Positions 17,079-25,577 of a stretch of 64,000 nt of DNA are shown here, in pieces (the first letter of the stretch is position 1; each line of letters starts with the position of its first letter). A model generated the notes under the pieces. The model saw nothing but the letters and a program-made list of their open reading frames with translations, made no database searches and was not told where the DNA came from. Position numbers and translations under genes: made by a program. The DNA is from a candidate division TM6 bacterium GW2011_GWF2_38_10 (lineage in GTDB: Bacteria; Babelota; Babeliae; Babelales; RVW-14), in the NCBI GenBank assembly GCA_000992305.1, contig LBTY01000007.1, positions 28,620 through 92,619 on the forward strand, written 5' to 3'.

Positions 17079-18241
17079 TAGATTACGATTATCACGCTCA
17101 AACAAAGTCACTGTATATTCACTGGCCATTCTGCGCGCAAAAGTGTCACTTTTGCGATTTTATATCATTTGAAAACCATGAAAACTGGCAGCAAGAATAT
17201 TTAGAGACGTTATGCACAGAAATTACACAATTTGCAATACAACACCAACAAGCCGGCAATACCCCCATAGAAACAATTTTTATCGGAGGTGGCACACCGA
17301 GCTTATGCCCGCCGCATCTTCTTACTAAACTATTTACAACGCTCTATGATTCATTCACCATTGCACCGAATCATGAAATCACCATTGAGGCTAATCCAAC
17401 CGATATTTGCCATGACACCTTGCAACTCTGGAAATCGCTGGGTATCAATCGCCTCAGCCTTGGCGTTCAAATACTTAATGATGCTGTCCTTCAAGGGCTC
17501 AATCGACGACAACGAACAACCGATGTAGTTACCGCGGTAGAACTTATCCCATCGTTTTTTTCCAATTTCTCAGTAGATCTCATGATCGGCCTTCCTGGAA
17601 TTTCTTCATCAGAATGGTTTTCAACACTCGCAACCGTAACATCATGGCCAATAACCCATATTTCAGTTTACTTATTAACTATTTATGAAAAAACCCCACT
17701 TTTTTTTCAACTTCAACAACAGGCTTTATCGGTATGGACCGAAGATGAATTTGCTGATCACTATGAAGCAAGTGTTGCTTTTTTAGAAGAAAATAATTTC
17801 AACCAGTATGAAATTTCTAATTTTTCTTTAAAAAATTTTGAAAGCAAGCACAATATAGCATACTGGGATAGACTTCCTTATCGAGGGTTTGGAGTTAGCG
17901 CTGCATCGTTTGATGGATCTTGTCGATTTATTAACGAAAAAAACCTATCAAAGTACTTCAAAAAGGTTACTCTCAATAAAGAAATTCCCACACAAACGAC
18001 TGAGAGGCTATCTCAAGAACAGCACAACTTGGAAACCATCATGCTGAGCCTTCGCCAAACCAAAGGGCTTAATTTGCAGCGTATGCTATACTTAGTAAAA
18101 GACCAGCAAAAACAACAACAACTTGAAACCACCATCGATATGCTCGCACAACAAAACTTACTAACCCAAAAAAATAATATTATCAAACTAACACCAAAGG
18201 GCATGGCTCTTGAAAATGAGGTAATTTTAAAATTATTATGA
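17075..18241 (+). CDS. hemW: radical SAM HemW/HemN-like protein (heme chaperone / oxygen-independent coproporphyrinogen oxidase family)
   Basis: 388 aa. YIHWPFCAQKCHFCDF (CxxxCxxC), FIGGGTPS, and GINRLSLGVQ. The ATGA start/stop overlaps the previous gene. Confidence 0.85.
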   Translation: MIDYDYHAQTKSLYIHWPFCAQKCHFCDFISFENHENWQQEYLETLCTEITQFAIQHQQAGNTPIETIFIGGGTPSLCPPHLLTKLFTTLYDSFTIAPNHEITIEANPTDICHDTLQLWKSLGINRLSLGVQILNDAVLQGLNRRQRTTDVVTAVELIPSFFSNFSVDLMIGLPGISSSEWFSTLATVTSWPITHISVYLLTIYEKTPLFFQLQQQALSVWTEDEFADHYEASVAFLEENNFNQYEISNFSLKNFESKHNIAYWDRLPYRGFGVSAASFDGSCRFINEKNLSKYFKKVTLNKEIPTQTTERLSQEQHNLETIMLSLRQTKGLNLQRMLYLVKDQQKQQQLETTIDMLAQQNLLTQKNNIIKLTPKGMALENEVILKLL

Positions 18242-18362
18242 TTTTTTTCTGACTTTTCATATAAATAGTGTATCATATCTCACACATGACACCAGGCATA
18301 ACACATAATCGTAACGTAACAATAATGATTATTAATTCCCACATTAAAACGTAAGAGGGGTT

Positions 18363-18824
18363 ATGGCTAAACATATAGGGGTAAAGTTACCCGAAGATCT
18401 TATTGAATTGTTAAAAAAAGAAAAAACAGTTGCCATTCTTGCAACATTTTCTGAAAAGGGTGTACCAAATACCACGCCAATATCCTGCATTTATCCTAAG
18501 GGACAAGAAAGCATTTTGCTCAGCATTCATAAGGAACATAGCGGATATTTAAATATGGTCTGGCAAAAAAAAGTAATGCTGTGTATCATTGGTGAAGGAA
18601 ATATTGCATACAGTATTCTAGGCAGAGCTGGCGTTGTACGAGCACCATCCAATGTGCATCCGCTCATGAATGTCGTAAGAATTGATATCATCGACATAAA
18701 ATGTGACCGATCAATACTTGCCCGTGTAGATCAAGGCATTCAGTGGAGCTATACTTCTCCAGAAGCTGAAGAATTATTAACAAATATATTTAAAGAACTT
18801 AAAGATTTATCAAAAAATCTTTAA
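18363..18824 (+). CDS. pyridoxamine 5'-phosphate oxidase-like (split-barrel) family protein, tentative
   Basis: 153 aa. The pattern LPEDLIELLKKEKTVAILATFSEKGVPNTTPIS...ILGRAGVV resembles the PNPOx-like FMN-binding split barrel. This is a pattern-level call only. Confidence 0.45.
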   Translation: MAKHIGVKLPEDLIELLKKEKTVAILATFSEKGVPNTTPISCIYPKGQESILLSIHKEHSGYLNMVWQKKVMLCIIGEGNIAYSILGRAGVVRAPSNVHPLMNVVRIDIIDIKCDRSILARVDQGIQWSYTSPEAEELLTNIFKELKDLSKNL

Positions 18825-18882
18825 ACTTTCTTTGAAAGCTGAGTGGTAATGAAGTATAAATTATAACTAAAAGGTCATAATC

Positions 18883-20595
18883 ATGAATGGCTCAACATTG
18901 TGGGACTTTAAAAAAACACTGCATACAATGCTTATAATTTCGCTGTGTGTACCATCCCTAGTGGGAATGCCACGCGCAAGCAAATCATCAACAAGCACAC
19001 TCTCAACGTCTATGCCAAGCGCAAAAGCAACTCCTCTAACAATCCCAACAACACCAAAGCAATCGCCGTTTACATCTATGCCCCAGATAAAACCTCTATC
19101 ATTGGCAAGCAACGCTTCACAAGCAGCCCCACTACAACTCCCCACTACCGCTCCTAAGCTTCAAACACCCAAACCAACCCTCCCTCTTACCACCGCTGTA
19201 CCACAACTTCAAACACTTTCCCCCACCCCTTCACAACCACTTGCAACTCAAGTAACAATGCCAATACAACCAAGCACGCCGCCTCAAGCAAAACAACCCC
19301 CAGTCCAACTCACATCACGTTCAATCCCGCAACTGCCACAAGCAACATCAGCACCACTTTCATTACCAACAGTTTCACTTCCACAAGAACCAAACGGTTC
19401 TCAAACAATCGCTCTTCCAGACGAAAAAATTGGCATCCAAGGTAATTGGATGAAAAAAAAAGATTGGCTCTTACGTTCTAACGAAGTATTTGATGCACTC
19501 CAAGCAAGTGTCAATAACCTTCAAACCGTTCGACAAGACTATCAAAAAAAATATCACGCTATAGATAAAGAATTTGACGCCTTTTATAAAAAAGCAAGTC
19601 TTGAACAAGGAAAAATACAAGAACTTTTTGCAGGGCTTGAACGATATCTTGAAAAAAAGAAAAAAGAAAAAGAAGATGAATATACACAAGAAAATCAAAC
19701 ACCAGAACAAGAAGAATTAGCCAACCGAGAATATCTTTTAAAAGTTGAATTGCTCAATGATGAAATCAAAAAAAATCGCGAAGAACTTGAACAACTCAAA
19801 CTTGATCTGCAATCCATTGAAGACTTAGATAAATCAATTATTGCACGACTTGAACGTTTTGATGAACAATTTGAAAAGGCTCATGATCTTTATGATCAAG
19901 CGGAACAAGATATTGAACAACTATGGGATATAATCGATGATTCTCTTGCCCGAGAAATTTATTACAAACTTAAAAACAATATCACCCTGCACATTGAAGC
20001 AATTACAGGATATTTGCAAGAAGATCTTGCAAAAGACCTTGACAGCGTTATAGAAACGGCACGTTCACAAATAAAAAAAACCGAAGAAGAAATAAAAGCA
20101 TTAGAAGAAAAAGGATTTATTGTTAAAGATAGATCTCGCCGTATTGAAGAAATAAAATTACAAGAAATACAACAACAAGAACAAGCCAAAAAAGAAGCTG
20201 AGCAAATTCCAACTAAAATTGAAACAATCGATCTTAAAAAAATAAAACGGAAACCAACACGCTGGTATGAAAAGGCCTACGATTGGTTTACGACCATGAT
20301 TTCAAAAATCTACGAATATTTTGGTATTGCATATCCCCAAAAGTCAAAAGATGAACAACTACAACAAGAATCGAAGATTAAAGTAACAATGCCGACCGCC
20401 ATTAACATGCCAACAACACAAGAATCTGAATCGCCCAAGCTACAAACGATAATGCCATCTAAAAGTACACCACCTTCGACCATTCCCTTAAATATCAATC
20501 CAACACCTATATCAAATACTTCAATGATGCCTCAATCTGAACTTCCTAACCCCAATCTATCCCCAGATAATCAAGCTCCTATGAGCATGGAATAA
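18883..20595 (+). CDS. hypothetical secreted protein: Pro/Thr/Ser-rich, then coiled coil, then amphipathic Trp-rich segment, then a Pro-rich tail
   Basis: 570 aa. Hydrophobic N-terminus MLIISLCVPSLVG, roughly 150 aa of P/T/S/Q low complexity, then a long heptad-like E/K/L/Q region, then RWYEKAYDWFTTMISKIYEYF. Confidence 0.6.
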   Translation: MNGSTLWDFKKTLHTMLIISLCVPSLVGMPRASKSSTSTLSTSMPSAKATPLTIPTTPKQSPFTSMPQIKPLSLASNASQAAPLQLPTTAPKLQTPKPTLPLTTAVPQLQTLSPTPSQPLATQVTMPIQPSTPPQAKQPPVQLTSRSIPQLPQATSAPLSLPTVSLPQEPNGSQTIALPDEKIGIQGNWMKKKDWLLRSNEVFDALQASVNNLQTVRQDYQKKYHAIDKEFDAFYKKASLEQGKIQELFAGLERYLEKKKKEKEDEYTQENQTPEQEELANREYLLKVELLNDEIKKNREELEQLKLDLQSIEDLDKSIIARLERFDEQFEKAHDLYDQAEQDIEQLWDIIDDSLAREIYYKLKNNITLHIEAITGYLQEDLAKDLDSVIETARSQIKKTEEEIKALEEKGFIVKDRSRRIEEIKLQEIQQQEQAKKEAEQIPTKIETIDLKKIKRKPTRWYEKAYDWFTTMISKIYEYFGIAYPQKSKDEQLQQESKIKVTMPTAINMPTTQESESPKLQTIMPSKSTPPSTIPLNINPTPISNTSMMPQSELPNPNLSPDNQAPMSME

Positions 20596-20613
20596 TAACA
20601 CTAATAATCACGT

Positions 20614-20652
20614 AAGGGAAAGCTCTTTAAAAAGGGCTTTCCCTTGTTTTTT
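20614..20652 (+). terminator. rho-independent terminator
   Basis: 10-bp stem, aagggaaagc (20614-20623) with gctttccctt (20636-20645), then gtttttt. Confidence 0.7.
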
Positions 20653-20739
20653 ATACGACTTATTGACAGAAATAAAAAGAATATTTTTATACTGCCTATA
20701 GGTTTTATGCACATATTCTAAACTTTCTAGGGAGTTGTA

Positions 20740-21381
20740 ATGAAAAAAAAATTACTCATACTTGGTGCCCTAACAGGGTGCATCTATTGGCATAACCCCA
20801 TACTTAACGCCATGATGGATGATGAAATGGCAACCGAAGAATCCGAAGAAACAATGGAAGCCCCCGCCGAAGAATCTCCAGCGGAAGAATCAATGGACAT
20901 GGAAGCGTCCCCTGCAACACCTGAAGCACCCGACACCTCTATGGGAATGAATGAGATGCCTTCAGCACCATCATCGAGTGAACCTTCCATGGGTATGGAA
21001 ACCCCGCCAGCACTGCCACAAGAGACATTACCCCTACCAACAACACCTCCCGCTGGCTCACCGCTCTCACCGTCAACTCTAACAACGCCCACACCTCAAG
21101 AAGCATCAACCCAACTTAAATGGCCAGATACCATAGAACTTACTGAAGAAACAAAACCAATAAGCACCACCAGTAATCCGACAATATTAAAGCATTTTCA
21201 AGAAGCAAAAAAAATAAAAAAGGAAACAAAAAAAACAATAAAAAAACTTGCCGATCATGAAAAAACACTCTTTGATACCTATAACGAAATGAATACGGCT
21301 ATTGACAACTTCTTACAAGAATCATCGTTTATCCAAGGAAAAATAACGAAACAAATTTCAACCGTAACCAGTGAAGAATAA
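20740..21381 (+). CDS. hypothetical lipoprotein, acidic/Pro-rich N-half, helical C-half
   Basis: 213 aa. Lipobox LGALTG|C, an E/P/M/S-rich region, and a C-terminal TAIDNFLQESSFIQGKITK that resembles AIDKEFDAFYKKASLEQGKIQE of the 18883 protein. Confidence 0.6.
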   Translation: MKKKLLILGALTGCIYWHNPILNAMMDDEMATEESEETMEAPAEESPAEESMDMEASPATPEAPDTSMGMNEMPSAPSSSEPSMGMETPPALPQETLPLPTTPPAGSPLSPSTLTTPTPQEASTQLKWPDTIELTEETKPISTTSNPTILKHFQEAKKIKKETKKTIKKLADHEKTLFDTYNEMNTAIDNFLQESSFIQGKITKQISTVTSEE

Positions 21382-21393
21382 AAAAGGAGTATT

Positions 21394-22809
21394 ATGAAAA
21401 AAATAATAAATAATGCACTACTCATAACCCTTGGATCAACATTTTACATAACACATATGGGAGCAATGCCCATGGTCGATTCTACAGTCCCTTCGCCAAT
21501 CCCAGCAAATCCCACCCCAATCATAACGCCAACACCCACTCCCGCACCAACCATACCCACCCCTGTTTCCCCCACTCCACCAGCAGCAACTCCATCAGTT
21601 CTCCCTGCAGCCGGAACACCAATGCCATCTCCTCAAGTTGCTCCATCCGCAGGATCAACCGCACCGGTAGCCGCAATAGATTCCACACAGGCACCAACTC
21701 AAGAAATTGAACAACTTAATAAAATTGTTGAAGAAATAAAAACCATAAAACAAACACTCCAACAAGAATTATCAAAAACGCAAGATGAAATTCAAAATGC
21801 TCGAACAAACTATGCACAAATGCGCGAAAAAAGTAAATCCATACTTCAAAGTTCACAAGAATCTGAAAGTCAAGAATTGCTCAAAAGCGTTGCCGACCTA
21901 CAAGAAACAATCTCAACCATAAATACAAATGTTACATCAACAATGAAAAAATCAATCGATGATGCCCAAGAAAAACTCCAAAGTCTTATTAAACAAGGAA
22001 CTGAATTAACACAAAAAATTCAAGAAAAAGGACATCAATACCACGTCAGTCAATTAAAAATTAAAGAACGTGAAGAACAAATTAAGCGTGAAGAAGCACT
22101 AGCCAAAAAACGAGCACTTGAAGAACAAAGTATTTGGAATCGTATCACATCATGGATAGCAAAAGCAGTTAAACGCGTTCAAAAATTTATTCTCGGATTT
22201 AAAAAAATAATTGCACAACCGGAAGAGCAACAACCACAAAAAAATACCACTCCAGAGTCGGTAGAAAAAAAAAAATCTAGCGACGCAACACCCACTCCAA
22301 ACTCAGCCGACAACCCCACAACCAGCACAACCTCAAACGCAGAACCCACAACTTCCACAAGCGAACCCAAAACAGAATATGCAACTTCCACTCAACTAGA
22401 AACAGTACTTCAACAAACAAATACTGCGCTTTTAGAACTTGAAAAAACACAAAAACAGACCGCCAAACAACTTGTAAAACTCGATGAACAAACAACACTT
22501 TTCGGCAACATGGAAGACGCTCCGGAGCTTTCAGAAAACATTGCATCAACAGAATCAGCTCCACGCTGGAAACGCATGATTTTATTTATCACCAGTGAAT
22601 TAATTGATGCCGGCGAATACGCAGTCCGTGGAGTTATCGCACTTGGAAAAAAAATATATGATTACCTTTTTTCAGGAATCGTACAGCGCGTTGTTGTTGA
22701 TGTTCACGAAAAACTACAAGAAAAAGATGCACTCCAAGAACAACAAAAAAAAGAACAAGAATTACCCGAATATCAACCATCACCAGAAGCAACAAAAAAC
22801 GAAGAATAA
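21394..22809 (+). CDS. hypothetical secreted Pro-rich/coiled-coil protein
   Basis: 471 aa. Signal peptide, then a P/T/A-rich stretch, coiled coil, and IWNRITSWIAKAVKRVQKFILGF (compare the 18883 protein). It starts 12 nt after the previous gene. Confidence 0.6.
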   Translation: MKKIINNALLITLGSTFYITHMGAMPMVDSTVPSPIPANPTPIITPTPTPAPTIPTPVSPTPPAATPSVLPAAGTPMPSPQVAPSAGSTAPVAAIDSTQAPTQEIEQLNKIVEEIKTIKQTLQQELSKTQDEIQNARTNYAQMREKSKSILQSSQESESQELLKSVADLQETISTINTNVTSTMKKSIDDAQEKLQSLIKQGTELTQKIQEKGHQYHVSQLKIKEREEQIKREEALAKKRALEEQSIWNRITSWIAKAVKRVQKFILGFKKIIAQPEEQQPQKNTTPESVEKKKSSDATPTPNSADNPTTSTTSNAEPTTSTSEPKTEYATSTQLETVLQQTNTALLELEKTQKQTAKQLVKLDEQTTLFGNMEDAPELSENIASTESAPRWKRMILFITSELIDAGEYAVRGVIALGKKIYDYLFSGIVQRVVVDVHEKLQEKDALQEQQKKEQELPEYQPSPEATKNEE

Positions 22810-22832
22810 AAACAAGTAAAACCACAAAAAAA

Positions 22833-25577
22833 ATGATGAGTATGTCCAAAATGGTAAAAAAATATAGTGTACTAATCAGCATTGGTCTACTCATCATACT
22901 CCTTTTTCTCATCAACCACCGCAGCCCTATAATCACTATCGCAACCATCACCCAACAGGATACATCAACAATTCACCACTATGTTCTATCCAATGGGCTC
23001 ACCCTCCTTATTCATCACAAACCTCAAGCACCTCATACCTTTCTCCAAATAACCTATAATGTTGGCTCAGCAAAAGAATCGCATGCACCCAAAGGCATTG
23101 CTCATATCATTGAACATATGCTTTTTAAAGGAACAACTACCTACGCAGAGCGCGATATTCCTGCTATTGCACGTATGTTTGGTGCAAAAATCAATGCGGC
23201 AACCTCATTCGATTTCACCTGGTACTATGTTGATACAAGTAATGATCACTGGAAACCTTTTATCGATATTTTTGCCGATTGTATGTGTAATGCACGCTTT
23301 GCCAAACAACACCTTGCCTCAGAAATTAAAACAATTATTCGAGAAGTAAAAACAGCAAAAAATACAATCCATAAAATACTCCGTGAACAAATGTTTGAAT
23401 ATGCATATCCTCCTAATCATCCATATCATTTTTCGATTGGAGGCTATTATGAGGATCTTAATCGCATAACGCCACAGGATTTACATACGTTTTATAAAAA
23501 GCATTATCGCCCCGACAATGCAGTACTTTTTATAACAGGAGGATGCGACCCTGAAAGCGTAAAAACCTATGTACAAAAAGTATTCGGTCCAATTAAACAA
23601 CCACAAGAACCAAAACCTTCGTCGTTCAATAGCACATCTTGGAGTAACCAACTCGGCAAGAACGTAACGCTCTATAAAAAAGTAGCACACCCGCGCATTG
23701 CATTTTTTTGGACCATTCCCGGGCTTAAAGATGAAGATGAAATTGTATCATCAGATCTAGCCTTTCTGATTGGTAACACCATGCATGGAAGTTTGTATCA
23801 CGAAGTAATAACCAATCAAAAACAAGCCATATCACTTTCTGTTGCTGCAACGAAACATTTGTATGGAGGATTATTTATCATCACCTGCACACCAACAAAA
23901 AATGAATACACCGCACTGGCTCAAACAATAACAACCCATTTACAAACATGTGCCAAGCAAGGTTTTTCATCAGACGCCATAAAAACCATGACCGCCCATA
24001 AACAACGTATTTTTTATCAAGACTATCTTCAGCCAGAAACAATGACGCGCAACTGGAGTAAATCATTTTTAGCAACACATAATCCCTTTATCTTTTTCCA
24101 ACGACCACACCACTACAACCTTTCAGACCCCAAAAAACTCCAAAGCTTTATTGCGACCTATTTGCAACCAGAATTCATGCACCAACTAACAATTCTGCCT
24201 CTTAATAAAAAAAGAAAAAGAAGCCTTGAAAAAATCACGGAAAAAAAGGAACAGCGTGATGCACAACTCTTACAGTCTAACCCACGCTCCACACCGCTTG
24301 ATACGCTCAAAAGAGCGCTAACACTTACCCCACCGCCACTCATCATTCCCTCATATCCACAACCAAATACAACCGTTACCTACCCTCATGGGCTCACCGT
24401 AATCATGGCTCAACGTCATGACACCCCCTTGGTTACACTACAATTCGGACTTAAAAACGCATGTTTCTTTGAAACATCGTACCAAAGCGTATTCCTTGAA
24501 ACCTTTATGAAAATCGTATGTGAGCAGATCAAGCATCATCCAAACTTACCACGCTCACTCACCATAACACACAATACAACAAGTATTACCTGTTCATGTT
24601 TGGCATCAGATGCTGATGCCACTATCGATCTTATTGCTTCACTTTTTAGTCTTGAAACACTCACGAACGCCGAACCGGAATACAAATCGAGTCGGCGTGC
24701 CATATATAACTTGTATAAAAAAAGAAAAAACCGACATAAAGAAACACTCTACCGAACAATCACGCAACACCTGTATCCGCAAACATGTTTTGATTGGTCA
24801 TTTAACGATGCACTTGCAACACTAAAAACAATAACTGCCACTGAACTTTTCAACTCACTTACACCCCTTATCCACGCTCAAAATTTGATTTGTGTTATTG
24901 TTGGAGACATTGATTGCACAAAACTTGAATCACACCTACAAAAAACCTTCGGTACTTTTGCAACCAACACACCATTGCCGGTACCGAATACACCGCTCAC
25001 ACCGAGTCATCATAAACCTCATATTGAAATCAAAACACAAAGCCCCATGATTACAACCGAGCTCGCAGCACCCCACACCATTTCTCTATTTTCTTATGAA
25101 TATGCCACCTGCAACATCCTTGAACATGTTTGTTTTCATGGATGGGGATCTCGTCTTTTTTCTCTACGAGAATCATACGGACTTTTTTATTCCAACTTTG
25201 GAGCATTTGCACAGAATGCAGAAATCGGCCATGGATTTCATTATTGGGGAGCAATAACAACACACGACGCGTTTGCACAAACAACTCAAAAGCTTACAGA
25301 ATCAATAACAAAACTTTTTACAACAGGAATAACTACCCAAGAATGCGCCGCCGCTAAACAACTCATTATAAAACAATGGAATAATGCCTTTGCATCGCCC
25401 CAAACACAAGTTCGCATACTCTTTAATCTCTATGCACATAATCACAGCATTCAGGATCTTAATGAATATCTTAGAACCATAGAAACATGTTCTTATAATG
25501 ATGTTAGCATAAGCACACACCGCCTTATTAACCCGCATAATTTTTTTCAGGCCACGATAGGAAATCAAAACAACTAA
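22833..25577 (+). CDS. M16 (pitrilysin/insulinase) family zinc peptidase, double-length, N-terminal membrane anchor
   Basis: 914 aa. Inverted zincin motif HIIEHMLFKGT (HxxEH) and a TM segment YSVLISIGLLIILLFLI. The length fits two M16 active/inactive domain pairs. It starts 23 nt after the previous gene. Confidence 0.85.
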   Translation: MMSMSKMVKKYSVLISIGLLIILLFLINHRSPIITIATITQQDTSTIHHYVLSNGLTLLIHHKPQAPHTFLQITYNVGSAKESHAPKGIAHIIEHMLFKGTTTYAERDIPAIARMFGAKINAATSFDFTWYYVDTSNDHWKPFIDIFADCMCNARFAKQHLASEIKTIIREVKTAKNTIHKILREQMFEYAYPPNHPYHFSIGGYYEDLNRITPQDLHTFYKKHYRPDNAVLFITGGCDPESVKTYVQKVFGPIKQPQEPKPSSFNSTSWSNQLGKNVTLYKKVAHPRIAFFWTIPGLKDEDEIVSSDLAFLIGNTMHGSLYHEVITNQKQAISLSVAATKHLYGGLFIITCTPTKNEYTALAQTITTHLQTCAKQGFSSDAIKTMTAHKQRIFYQDYLQPETMTRNWSKSFLATHNPFIFFQRPHHYNLSDPKKLQSFIATYLQPEFMHQLTILPLNKKRKRSLEKITEKKEQRDAQLLQSNPRSTPLDTLKRALTLTPPPLIIPSYPQPNTTVTYPHGLTVIMAQRHDTPLVTLQFGLKNACFFETSYQSVFLETFMKIVCEQIKHHPNLPRSLTITHNTTSITCSCLASDADATIDLIASLFSLETLTNAEPEYKSSRRAIYNLYKKRKNRHKETLYRTITQHLYPQTCFDWSFNDALATLKTITATELFNSLTPLIHAQNLICVIVGDIDCTKLESHLQKTFGTFATNTPLPVPNTPLTPSHHKPHIEIKTQSPMITTELAAPHTISLFSYEYATCNILEHVCFHGWGSRLFSLRESYGLFYSNFGAFAQNAEIGHGFHYWGAITTHDAFAQTTQKLTESITKLFTTGITTQECAAAKQLIIKQWNNAFASPQTQVRILFNLYAHNHSIQDLNEYLRTIETCSYNDVSISTHRLINPHNFFQATIGNQNN

